Source of the DNA: Mizuhopecten yessoensis
Lineage: Eukaryota
DNA: 64,000 nucleotides
Assembly: GCF_002113885.1 (NCBI RefSeq)
Contig: NW_018408322.1
Coordinates: 1,531,562-1,595,561 of the forward strand
Reading direction: 5' to 3'
A program made the translations under genes and the position numbers. The notes below the pieces were generated by a model. That model had not been told where the DNA came from and searched no databases. It was given only the letters and a program-made list of their open reading frames with translations. Positions within the stretch are counted from its first letter, which is position 1; every line of letters starts with the position of its first letter. Below, piece after piece: positions 35,986 to 49,590 of the stretch.

Positions 35986-38900
35986 AACTTTGCTTTTGGT
36001 AGAGCAATTCAAATGCATAGTCGACGTTTATGGGTCATTTATACTTGTATTACAGTGCGGTTGAGCAAGCAAAGTATTCGTGTCATCCTGACAAGCGCCA
36101 TAGGCTTGAGTAGATTTGAATATGTTCGAATTGTAAAATATTTTTGATGACACATCAAATATGCTGACACACGTAACCATTCTTCTGATCAACATTCACA
36201 GTAGAATGACGTATAGAAATATTCCGAAAGGCAGTCAGGTGTGCGAATCGCAACTATTCAGCGGACATTTAATTACAGAATGAAACGAAATAAATTACGT
36301 GATGTGCTAGTGTTATTGTCGCTGAGTAAATATGAACAAGGAACAATGTGTATTCGATCGCGTCATTGAATATTCTTGGGTGTTTACGCAAACATTTTTA
36401 GCGAAATATAAGTGTATCACTGAGCGACACAATTCAGTTTGTTTCGTATAGGGCTGAACGCCGTCAAAACAGCAAAATGCATATGAAGACTGGGGACCAT
36501 GGATACACCGCCGTAATTAAAAAAAAAAAAAAATAATGATAAAGAAAAAAAGTAGATTCAAAGTCTTGCTGATTAATATTTATTTTTTCAATGTCGTCTA
36601 AGAAAAAGATTATTTTTAAATTTTCACAATGAACATTATAGACATTTAGAAGGCACAGCGTTTAAGAAATAATCATACGTTCTCAACTACATAGTTTTTC
36701 TAGTCATTTAGCAGAGTTGATGGTGATAATCGAATTTCAAATAGCAAAGCACGATTCCGATGCATCTTAGCAGTGCCTTGTAGCACGGTTTACTTCGGGT
36801 AAAACCACTCTTGAGCAATTTTCATTCAATTTACGTCATATATCGTATCAGGATGGCATTGCTTTGCGAAACAAGTCACCTTGAGGTGTCCTGGTGAAGG
36901 ATGGGTAACTACAAAAATCAAATTAAACGGAACCGAATGAAGATATAAAAAATCGAGAAGATTTTATTTGTTTTTAAATCCTTTAAAAACAAAAATGCTA
37001 AGGATTGCGCTAACGGAGAAATTCCTTTTATATTGCAACGGAAATAATTTACATTCAAGAACTAGCATTTCTATTGTTTCAAAGATATCTTGAATCTAAT
37101 ATTAAAACGCATGCATGGCGATGAGTATGTGCTTTCAGGCAGAACACTGCTACAACTTGTTCCGTAATGGCTACAGCCTTAGAAGAACGCGGCAGTGTTT
37201 TCAGAAGATCGAAGGACGCGTCACTTTGAGGTTTCTATATTGTTTAATGAATCAAAATTCTGTACGGTTTAGAAAAATAAGTTCAAATAGGTTTTCAGAA
37301 AAGGAAATGGCAAAGGTTGACGATGGACAAGTACGATAACATTTACTTTATTCTGTATGCTTAAAAATTAATACCAATGGCAAAAGTCTTATACGATTGA
37401 ATAGGCTGTACTTTATTTAATTGAAGCTTTTTTGTCGAAAGTTCTTTCAACGAGTTAATAAACTACCGGCTGCAATCTAACCTGTGCACGTACTTTAAGA
37501 TACCACTGATAAAAAAATGCAAGGACAAATCACGAAAGGGTTGCATTTTAAATCTTTTAATCCTAGAAAACACACATTACTCAATAAAACACTAACATTT
37601 CGCTTATTCTTATGAATAACTTTTTGAAATTCCTAATCTGTATATGTACATTATTTTATCTTGAAGCGTCCAACAGTTATACAAATAAACATGTGTTTGG
37701 TTGTGATTAATAGTGAGTGTAAACGCCGATCTACCTGTAAGTGGCAAACTAATTTGATCAATTCGTAGATAACAAATTACATTATATTACACCTGAAATC
37801 GGTAAATGTCATCCTAGCTACAGAGAGAGGCGCTGAGATGAGGGTGACCTTGCCCGTCTCCGGATGGGTCATTGAAACTACAAGATCAGCCTCAGCATCT
37901 CAGGAAATATTTACAGTAAAAAACTTGTTATTAGATTGTGTCGACCTTCAATCAACTCGAGAAGTTCTATAATAACGTTACATGTCATAAATCGATTTTC
38001 GAAAAAATAACCCTCGCTAAAATTTAGGGTTATCTGAAAGTTGTTGGTCTTTTTAATATATGTGTCAGCAAAGCCACTTTCAATATTAAAATTGACGTTT
38101 GTCTTTTACCTTTAAGTTTGTTTGATGTGTTTGATTTGTTTTTGTCGAACATTAGTTGGTTCTAATAAAATATCATGTGTTGATGGGCCGTTAAGCATAT
38201 ACTAGTAACAGTATGTAATAATCAAGATAGATTATACCTAAAGCAATGATATACTCTATATATCTTACTCGTCATCTGTTAATTAGCCATTTTTGATTAT
38301 TAAGCACTACAGGAGACGAATAAACCCGATAATATTATTTAAATACCAAACATCTCCTGGAATTTTTGTTTGTTGTTACTCCTTAAGCTTAAGTTGAACA
38401 CTTCCTAACCTGAAGAGCTGTTATTGAATCACTAATTTAAAAATATTTTTGAGCATAGTTGTTAACGTTATTATTATTTTTCCATTTGTCTCAAAAGGTT
38501 ATATTTCACGGATACATGTTCATGTGACCGTGCAGTAAATAGTGCATGGTCACATGACGTATATATGCAAGGTCACATGGCCGTCACATTACATTTTGTT
38601 TTAAAGACTGTGCTTTTGTTCACTAGTCATTTGGCTGTCAAAATGGCAGGCGGGTGGTTATTCGCTACTAATTCCGATTCGAAACAATTTCTTATTGAGT
38701 ATTTCAGTAAGGACACACAGAAAAGTATCCTAAATATGTTGAGGAATTTCATATTGTAAACATCGGGAAACAATATCTGAACCTGAACCCTACTTAAAGC
38801 AAATTGCCAACGAATCAATAAGGTGAAATTTCTTAAACAGTTTGTATGACATTCACAATGTTATGTTATCAAACAGGTGTATAATGCATCTAGAAAATGC

Positions 38901-39184
38901 CTTCTCAAAATGTAGTAAAACAATCCCTTCGGTGCTGGCATGCTGTTATAAATCACAACTAAATACAGAATCCCAGATGAAATATGTTTGACTGTACCAT
39001 GATATGGCAGTAAATTATTGTATAATGGTTTATAGCTATCCAGAGGATAGACGAAAACAAGAGTATCAGTGGAACTGATGTATGCTCCCCGCAAACAACT
39101 TTATTGAAGGTTTTTCCTGTTTGTGAATTTTGCATTTGGTTAGATTTATGAAACATATATTGGTAAAAATATGTTGAAATGTAT

Positions 39185-39435
39185 GACTAAATGTACATAC
39201 AACGTGAAAGTTTAATGATCCGATCTTCAATGCGTCTATGCTTCGGACACGAAATTTTAGCAAAAGGCAATAACTCTGAAAATAAGAGGTCGTGGGCCCT
39301 TAATTTGGTACAGGGCACATCGTCTTAGTATGACTGATGTACACACCAGGTTTCATGATCCTAGTTAAAATGTGGAACGGAAGGGCTGTTGGACAAAGCG
39401 GCAACTAATTTTCGGGGGAGCATACAAATAAAAAG
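39185..39435. mobile_element. Fragment of a HINE/pearl-like element
   Basis: AAAAGGCAATAACTCTG, ACACCAGGTTTCATGATCC repeat-unit motifs and a TTCGGGGGAGCATA terminal motif. Confidence 0.45.
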
Positions 39436-41274
39436 GAAACACAGGTGAACGAAGATGTAAATTCTGCTTAAACGAAGGAGAAAACTCAGAATTGAACTAA
39501 ACGATTTACCAGTCATGCAGCGATTATATTACAACACTGAATTTATTGTTGAACCTGAGATTGCCTACTCCGACAATGGTGATCTCTGCTATTTACGCCT
39601 CAAAGATATGAGTTTTCTCAAAACTGCATATGAGAAAACAGCAAATGCGTCATGAATATATAATCTTCCGTGAAGGAAAGGTCGTCAGCAATCTAACCCG
39701 AATAAATGGGATTTTATCCTTATTTATGGTTGTTTTCAGCAACTAAATCTCTCCTAACGAAGAAGTATCTGGTTTGAGCTGCACCTTGTAGGGAAAATAT
39801 TGATTTGCTATGTATATAAAAACAGTGGTTATTTGATCTTCATGTTAATCAGTCACACTAAATGTGATGGGATAAAATCAGTCCCCCGAGCAAACGTTGT
39901 TTTTATTAAATGTACATTTATGTCTTTATACAGTTATATGTAATAAAGGCGTAACAAGTAACATCATAGTTATCATCCGGGTGTTTAAAAGCGTTGATAG
40001 TTTGATATGCCCTGAATGATAGAAATTAAAAATGTCCTTTTATTACATTTGTTTTAAAACTGGCTTTTTTTTTCTTTGGATGTTAAATTCAAAGCATACA
40101 TTTTGGTTTACATTTGAATGTTCAATGATAAACTGTTATTAGTTTCATTAAGGTAATCAAGACTCCGAAGCTAATCTCCATCAACTTTTCCATAATCAAA
40201 TTCGCTGCAAATTAAAATTTTACGATTAAGGAATTAGCCATCAATTAATTTGTGTACTTTTAATTAATACTTGACACATCTTTAATGCATATGATTCTCA
40301 TTAAAGTCTTCAGAAATTCGGATATTAAAGGCAATCGTATTGACAGAATTTGGTAAAAAGTCAATTTACAATACGTTTTTTTTTAATCTGCTCGGAGCGT
40401 TGCAATTTCTAACCATTTTAGATGCTTTCGTAATGACAAAAGTACACCAACCATTCTTTAATCACCGTTAAATCCGTTCACATTGTCTCTATTTTCTGCG
40501 GTTTTAGTTTGAAATTGATCATTTGTACGAAAAAGGATTTGAAATAAAAATAAAATAAAAGACATAATAACATCTCTGCCCTCAGCAAAGCCAGTGTCAA
40601 ACTGAGTCACCAGGAACTAGTGTTGTAGATGAAAAAGCCTTGCGGGGAAATTCGATATTAAAGTTAATCCTTAAAACAGAATATTTATTTTATTCATAAT
40701 ATAATGAAATAGGTTTCTGAGAAGCAAAAGACGTGTCGAAAAAGGTTGGTACAATTAATCAAAGAAACACCCATAACACTGTGAACAAGGTTTTGGGTTT
40801 TAAAAAACCCGTACGTTCTAAACTCGGTTATGAAATGTTTTTTGCGTATGCATAGCTTGCAGAAATTTTGTTTAGGTGGTATTAGTTTTTATCTCGATTA
40901 GAATATTGGAATTATATTATTTTTATTATATATAATACACTATTAATTAGACGCTATGAAGGCAAATTTGGACTTGTTACCATGGCAACAATAATTAAAA
41001 ATATAAATAAATATGTTCATAATAGTATTTTGGATGTATTCAAATTAAAGAAACAGTCATTTCAAAGTTCTTTTGAAGGTTATGGATTTTAATGCATTTG
41101 GGGGCCAAAACAGGCCAAAGCCATACATTGAGTAACGTTTTCTCTTTCAATAAAGATAAATGTTTGATTCATCATGAATACAAAAAAAACGCTGACTCTT
41201 TCCTTTTTTATGTTATTTAATGATATATTGCACAATCATAATTAAAGACTTTGTTTATTTCTGTATGAAGATGT

Positions 41275-41758
41275 TTAGTTTAGTTTTATTTTGTCCAAGC
41301 TAAGGTCATTTAAGGACGTGCCTCCATGTATGTATTGTATGCGTGCTTTCGTTTGAGTGCAGGAGACAGGGTATGTTGGTGTGCCTGCCTCCTTGCGATA
41401 GCGCGGATCTGATGCCGATCACTATCTGATAGTGATATATGTATTTCACTTAAATGCCATGCCGAAGCATTCCAAAAGCCCGGTCACATTGCACTGAAAA
41501 TGGGTGAATCAGTTGTTGCCATTCTCCATAATGCTGGACGTAAAGCAGGGAATAACAGCTACCATTTTTAAACAAAATGTGGTATGTCCCGGCCTCGGGA
41601 CATAACCTATTGCCTTCCTAACATGGGCGAACGCTCAAAAGTAAAGCCAAAAGTGAGGTATTGCCTTGCAAAGCGCTAGGAAATTAAAGATAGTAAGAAG
41701 TAGAAAGAAAGATAAAGATCCCAAATATTGCAATGGGCGCAGAAGATTTATTTTAGTA
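41275..41758 (-). mobile_element. Meta-domain SINE (family B), near full length
   Basis: Collinear with 61517-61995: tail, Meta body, degenerate tRNA region, and a leader that is pyrimidine-rich on the element's own (minus) strand. Confidence 0.8.
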
Positions 41759-41764
41759 CCTAAT

Positions 41765-41880
41765 TGGGGACAAAAAAGCAAATCCCGAATTTTGCAGGGG
41801 TTTCCAACATAAGACGCCTCTTACTATACATGCATTGGGTAACAACAGGTGTATTTTATTTATCCCTGACCTGCAGGGGG
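41765..41880 (-). mobile_element. Family C 5' module
   Basis: Reverse complement CCCTGCAGGTCAGGGA..ACACCTGTTGTTACCCAATGCATG..GTAAGAGGCGTCTTATGTTGGAAACCCCTGCA aligns with 50902-50995. Confidence 0.6.
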
Positions 41881-44800
41881 ATGTATGAAGATAACATAAG
41901 ATGAAAACGTCAATCAACTAAAAAGAACAGATGTGGCGAGTAATGGTACCGATTATTGCTGTATGACAAAAATATGTCTGGAAGAGGTGCAGTTGTTTTA
42001 ATAAAGGTTAAACGTCCTTATCACATACTAAGTTTAAGGTTATTCTTTTATCCTTGACCTTGGGAGTCGCAGAGATGAAATATGTTGATAAAAAATATTA
42101 TATTTCATACCTGTGTAATATAACCATCCAACCATATATTCGTATTGCCAAAGTTCTATCGGTCGGTGATTGCATTATTTGTGTGTAGTTATACCATGCC
42201 TGTTACGATTGCACGGTAGATTTCTAGATGAGTCGATGATTTTATCCCGACGTGCCACAATCAATAGAGGACACTTCCCAGAACACAAAGCGTTTTCGAG
42301 ACCGCGACCTAGCGGCCACTCGTAGACGTTTGTAATGTTTCCTAGTCAGTAATTGTAACAAAGATGTCTGAGTTTGACCAAGGAAATACATTGCCTTCTA
42401 ACAGAAGCAGAAACGTACAGGTATTAAATTACAGGTCGCGAACCGAACATTAAGCAGTGACCTCGACGTGGCTGAGTACAACTGTCGGGCTTTGTTAAGG
42501 ATGACGACCTAGGGAATGGCTGATCTGTACCAATGTGTTGAGGCATAGGGGTGCCAATTTATACCCGTTTTCAGCATTGTTAGCTTTAAGAAAAAGGAGT
42601 ATTCATGCCGTATCTATTTACACTGTAAATGCATGATTATCTCTTCACTTGTACATTAATGGTTTTGTTTATCTGTTAATCATTTCATAATGTTATCTTG
42701 TACTTGTTCCTTGAAGTCAGAGATGATGCTACTTTTTAACCATATTGGTTTGTTTGAAATTTTTCAGATTTGTTTCTTCTCTAGCAAGGATAAAAACGAT
42801 GTGATACATATGCAAAATAGTAGAGTACGCAAATAACTATAAAAACAATAATTTAGTTCCAACTATTGCGAAATACCCAATCAATGTTGATATGTTGAAA
42901 CATTCCTACTTTTCGTGTATGTTTTATATTAAATATATTTCTGTTGGTGCAATTTGCGTTCAGGATGATTGAAATTATTCGTTTATATTTTTCCCGTTTT
43001 TAAATATGTAATTTGGGAATAAAAAGCAACCCCGAATACGTCTCGATAGCACGGATTTTGATCAGTTCTTGACCGACCATCAATATTTAAAATCCTTTTT
43101 CAGGCAAATCAAGCTATTGAGTTTGGTTTTGCCAGATTATATGGGTTTAAGGTTTTACTGGGAAAATTCTGAATGATAGCGTCAAAAGTAAAGGCAATTA
43201 CATGACAACTAGCAGCAAATCTGTCACTGTTAAAGGTGTAAACATATGTGACGTTATTCAAATGCAATACCATTGAAACAATGTGTCTTTTGCATGAAAC
43301 ACGCATCAAAAAGGAGCAATTAATATTAAAGAAATGCTTGGACCGGAACCTTAAAACCTGCGCTCCAGGGCTCGTTGATCACGTTCGTAACTGCGATGGG
43401 TGATACATTGTCGATAATTTTCGAAGACACGTTTCAATAAATGTTAAAATAAATTCACTCGAATTTCTGTGTGATATTCTTTATAACAAATATTACCAAC
43501 TGAAGGCATGGCGTATTAGCCTTTATTAGACTTTTGGATGTCTCTTTTTGTTTTATTGTTTGGACTTTCATGCCATTCATATTTAATGAATTGAAATGTA
43601 TTGTTGTGTTCGATTTTAGGAGGTGAATAAAACTTAAACATCATGTTGATCATGCTCTTTTCGTTCATAGATTGATTAAATTGAGTAGAAGTACAAATAT
43701 AGTGTAACGTACCTAAAGTTTTGTATGCAAACATAAAGACCAGCCCAACAGAAGCTTGACTACTTCTGGCTTTTATTCTTGCCATTACAACGACAGTACA
43801 AATCCTTGTAAAATAAATATAAAGTAGCTCATTTAATCGTGTACATATATATGTATCCAACATCAATCTGGATTACAGCACCTGAATGCAGATGGGTAGA
43901 AAAACTCCAATCAACCAAACATAAACTTCCCGGAGATTCCGTTTTCATGGCAGATTAATTAGTATCGACATATGAATTTTGTGAATAGCTCATTAAACCG
44001 GATATGAGATTGGGCGCAAAATTGGAAACGGCAGCTTCTCATAGGGAATGGTCGCTCTATGAATGTATAAAGCCACGCTGTGGAATAATAGCGAGATAAT
44101 AAACCCAGTTATTGGCTTCAAGTTTGTCTCAGCATGCAGGCCTCTCCCTATTGAACACACATCTTATCCTGATACGATATAATGGAAATGGCAATACATT
44201 TATTGTGCACGTGTTTTGCACAATCTTAACAAGGTGTTTGTACAATATCGACGATGATAGAAATTTAAATAAATAGACTGTATACATCAAAAGAATCCAT
44301 TGCAAAGTATATGTCATTTTTATTCTTGTATTTCCAGATTTTGCATTATCAATATAATAACGTTACATGTACCGACGTTGGAGTGTCCATAGTTCAATAT
44401 AAACATATATCTAAGCATTATCTTTTTAAAACGATATGGCTATGTGCTTGAATACCTTGCGATGTTCTATATTAGATTTCCATGTATATATGTGTTTCAA
44501 TATACAATTTAATGTCTGTGAAATGCTATCTGCCGAAATAATCGATAATCCACCAGGATTTGTGTTTCACGTGCGACCCTAACCACGCTTTCCAAAATAC
44601 AAGAAAAATCGAATCTAACAACAAAAGTGTCTAGTCGAATTTATCACAGACTGTATTGGGATATAATGCGAACACTCGAGGAGTAGACTTATATTTTAAT
44701 TATATCGACGTTGCTTTGCTAGACGTGGAATTTACAACAATTGATGGAAACGTCGTTTTTAGTCAAGATATTCGAAATGAAAGTACACATATAACATTTC

Positions 44801-46319
44801 TTAACTACCAGATTTGCGATAAAGTTATTTGAGTATCCTTATTCGTCTGCATAGTCAGAGCATAGACTTCAGTCTTGTTTACAACAGGAAAGCAGATACA
44901 TATGTATGATTTGTTTAGTAGATGGGTTTGGTTTGGTTTTATAGGGATTAGCATCATATCAACGGTTAAGGTCGTTTAAGGACTTGTCGCCGTGTGTGTA
45001 TGTACAACATGTACAATGTATAACATTACACCAAACAAAGGTCTGTTGTGATGTACAAACTGTTGAACCAGTACATATTTACGTCAAAATTTTGATCGTG
45101 ACAGTTTCCAATCCTATTACGTCACATAACGTACCAAGCATGCACATAACTAATATTTGAAGGATTACTTTGTTGTGGTGTAAACGCACATCAGACGATT
45201 TCAGCTGATGTTAACCTTTGTGGCGGATATTGTGAAAACTGCATTCTGACTCATTATATATTGACAATAATTCACACTGAAGAGTTTTTTTTTGTATGAC
45301 AGGTTCAATAATTATATTTATGATGAAATGGTTTGAGATATGTTTAATTAATTAGTGTATCAACATAAGCGGAATCCGTTTTCATCATGTTACTGGTTTA
45401 AATATTTCGTAAAGAGTTCAAGATACACAAATACTTTTGGCTAACACGCAGTCAGGTCAAATCAGTGATGCAGATACATTTTGTATGTACTCATGGTTCA
45501 TTTAGGAAAGCATGCTTGATCATTCTGGGTGGTCTAAACTTGTCTTTTGATCTTCTAAGGTAACCGAATTGCAATGTTGGCCGTTGCACCTTCCCAACAT
45601 ATCATCAACATATGCACGAGACACCATTCCTTTAGTTAACGTGCCTCTGCTTTTACAGCAGTAGTGCTGTTAAAGATTCTTGATCACTGACCTTCTGATG
45701 CCGAACAACATATGTTAAAATGCAAGATGTTGTATATGTCTTGAGAGCGGTTGGGTTCATTCAGTCAAGTATCCTATCAACAGTGTAGGTCATTTCAAGA
45801 GGCATTTTCACAGTTAAAAGCATACTGTGGTACGTTTAAGAGACAAACACCTCATTGTGAAAAGGTGATTTTTTACGGTGTAATTTCGCAATGGTTTAAA
45901 GAATGCCCGTGTTCATTTGCACGTGTATAAGTGATGAACATGAACTATGCCTTTAATCTAGGGTAAGGATGTGATGGTGGAATCCTATTTGTAGTGTCTA
46001 ATCGACTTCTTGTTCGTGTTCCCTGATTACAGGTGAAACAAGATCAAAGGACTAATGCCGTCACTCGATTCCTGAGTCATTGCGTGTGCATTTTACAAAG
46101 CGTAATGGTGTACCGTCTTCCAGTTCAATCACCACGAAAACAAGGAAACTATTTTACGGCGTTAACACAGTGGAGTAAATGTTTTATTTAAAACATTGAT
46201 ACAATAAGAGAACATTAGAAAAAAATAGAGAAACCTTGAAATATAAGGAAAAACAATATAACAATATCCCCCTCCCCCCCCCAATTCCAATCCCTTAAAA
46301 GCATCATAACGCCGGCTTT

Positions 46320-46422
46320 CAACATACCCTGCCTCCTACACACACAAACGCATGCACAACACATACTGAGTCAGTCCTTAAATGACCTTTGCTGTTGATA
46401 GAACGTCAAACAAAACAAAACC
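46320..46422 (+). mobile_element. Family B SINE 3' end
   Basis: CATACCCTGCCTCC, (CA)-rich stretch, GTCCTTAAATGACCTTTGCTGTTGATAGAACGTCAAACAAAAC. Confidence 0.7.
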
Positions 46423-49310
46423 TAGCTTAAAGAGAGCAACAGTGACATTAACGTTGATCTTTGGACCTTACTTCTTAACATTCGTAGTAACCTTTGATTA
46501 GTATCTGTTAAGAAAAGAAGCTGGCAGAGCTGTAACAAAGAATGACGTCGGGAGGCGCCAGGTCTGATGTGAATACTGCTGTACGCCCGATGGGAAAACA
46601 AGTTGATGCATCAGACATACATTGCATATCACCAACTGTAGCGAATGTACATTTACATTGATGCAATATTTCTATATTTCCAAAATCGTTTCAATGTCGA
46701 AATAAAAGCCATTTATAATGTACATTCACCTTATGGAGTACCTTAAATAGCATTCTGGAGAAAAATAAAAATGAAGGTTTTTACTACAATGCACCTCCTT
46801 AGCTGGATATTAAAGGGTTGCTTAGAGAAAGGGGAAAATTGCGTGATTAGGGTAAAGCCAGTTAGGACCGAAGCTATTCTCCGAAAATGGCTTGAACACG
46901 TGTTTTGAATGAAAACCGCCGAACGCCGCATTACGACAACAAGGAGCCCCACTGTAACCTAAATTAACACGGCCGTTGAGACTCTCCAAAAGGAAATGAG
47001 GAAGGGGATAACACGGAGAAACATTAATGGTGAATCCTCACATCTTCAATGTTATAGAACGATACCAGTTAGTCGCGGTCAGGTCAGTTCCGAGATCACA
47101 AGGTCATGTGGATGTATGCTATTCATGTGAACTATCTATAAATAATTCAAGCTTTTGAATAATTAAATGATTACGTTTGCAGTCTCTGATCATGCCTAAA
47201 TTCTCCATACGTTTTCTTTCATGTCGACAGCTATATAATATTGATTTTATGTATGTGATTTTATTTAAACCCATTAGGTACAAAGGCTATGATAAGGTAT
47301 ACGTTCTATGTACACGTCAGGCTAGCCAAACCAAAAGTAAAGCGTTGTGTATGCTATCATGCTTTTAGAACAGACGACCCCAAAAATACAATGACAAACA
47401 GATACAAACCCGAAACATGATATGATAAATTAGATCATGGCAAAATATCCATAAATAGTACTTAACAAATATCACAAAAAGCGGCGTTTTTTTCTATTCG
47501 GACTGAATCATAAACAGGAAACGCACAACCAGCACATATGATTTTTGAACACATACAAACAGACTCACAGCGTAAGATCAGGGTCGGATTTGCCAACATC
47601 ATGCTATTCTTTCACTGCTTACATGCAATTGCGAGATAAGTAGAGGTGAAACGGGTTTAACCCACCTGTGTGTAAAAACCATGCCCTCTGGCGCCAGTAA
47701 GGCCGCTTTGGCATTGAACATCATTCACACGAAACCGAAACATCAATAGATCGGAAACTTGGCTATGTGTCAAAAATTATTTTCAAAAGTTTTAAAATCA
47801 TACTCGGTTTATATCCTCACGTATAGTGTGTCTATATTTGTCGCGACCTTTCGCGTGACATGATGCTATTATAGTTTTCCCATATCACATTCTTTATGTG
47901 AAATAAATTGGAATGTTTGATGTCTGCCTTGATGCAATTGTGATTATCTGGTCTTAGCCAACATAAAAACGTGCCAGTTTATAGGGTTCTAGATCTGAGT
48001 CGGACGAAGATACTTGATTTGGGTGTACAAATTACCTGTACGGTTTATTTGTTTAGAGTTTTACGTTATGATGGATTGAAATAAGGGACCACTTAAAACT
48101 GCCATGTCACTGAAATGTCATAAATTCAACAAGGAAGCATGATACAAATTACAGAGGTACGATTCTTAGCAACCGCCGAGAATCAAGATACTAAGAAAGT
48201 TTTTTGCAGTGCTTTGAATTATAAATTACATATTCATACAGTGAAATAAGAATCGGTATTTCAAGTTAACTCAACAACATCTGTGACGGAAGGTATATCC
48301 AACAAATTTTAATATCTTATAAAAGCCCATAGAAAAAGGAGACATTAACTGGGACACCTGCAGGAATGTTTTCCACGACATCTGCTTTGTACAAAAATCT
48401 GTAGGTGCCAGGGAATGGAAATATTTTATATGCCGGCAGCTTTACCTCTCAAACTCATAAATAAATGGTTTACAAGATATTAAAGTGGTCAGTTTGACAT
48501 TTGACCCTTTAACCTTGACAGATGACCACCAAAAGCTGATCAGCTATCGAGCTCAATGTTACCATACTATGATACATGAATATATACATGTAGGGCTCGT
48601 GAGATATATACTATATGCCTCTCTGTAATTGGAGGTACATTTAGAGGCGGCCGCCAAATAAAATATTTTCATTTCGTGGCACCTACGGGTTTCCGTAGCT
48701 TCGGAGCACCCACGGAGAATTCGCAGTTCTTTACGTAGTACTTGCTATTCTGTCATCTGGATCACTATATATAATAACAAATGTTTTAATGTCCATCGCA
48801 CCTGAATCACTGTTCTTTTTATACGTGAATGGGATCCTTCTAATGCATGCTGTACAGTAACACCTTTGTCCAGAGAAATATTTGAATGGTAAAGAGGTTG
48901 AGCGATATATTAAGAGAAAAATAATTTCTAAGAAAAGTACTTAGAAATTGGTTTGTGGCTAAGCAAGAATGTACAGAACCCGTTTCTTGAATTATATATA
49001 TGAAAAGACAGATCAAACTAATATAATGACAGCATACTTTAAGATCAGTAAATGTAACGCTACCTATCTATATGTAGTGACACAAAATTAGAATTATATG
49101 ACATTTTACTTCCCCTTGTATCTTAGTTGAAATGGAACTGTGCGCAAGGTGATATGTGGGCATCTTAACTAACTCCGATTCATTTGCATCGGGCAACCGC
49201 AAACATTGCTATCCACTAAATTATATGTTCAGGAGGACTCGCGGAGTACCCACGAATATTTGAGATAACACAGTACAGCATAACATTTGATCGCACGGAA
49301 CTGTATATGA

Positions 49311-49590
49311 GAATAATAATAATAATAATAATAATAAAATACAACATTTATATAGCGCCCTATATAATTTGTAAAATTACTCTACGGCGCTCTACAAAAT
49401 ATGGATAATAGTAATGGTTATAATTGTGAAAACAAAAAACATTTTGCAAGGATTCTAAAATGCAGACGTGAAGAGGTGAGTTTTGATGTCCCTCTTGAAC
49501 TTGGCCAGGGTATTTGATTTTCTAATAGCAGATGGTAAGCTATTCCACAATGTAGCCGAAACCCTCCCAAAGCATCTGTTAAAAGGCACT
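49311..49590 (-). mobile_element. L2/CR1-group LINE 3' end with (ATT)n tail
   Basis: Encodes FGRVSATLWNSLPSAIRKSNTLAKFKRDIKTHLF; 3' stem AGCGCC...GGCGCT followed by ATATAAAT; (AAT)n microsatellite 49312-49338. Confidence 0.85.

Noticed and set aside
47569-47602. Minus-strand ATG..|GTGAGT segment (MMLANPTLILR) as the CARP first exon
   Set aside because: Phase fits but it is too short and not signal-peptide-like, so it cannot be distinguished from chance.
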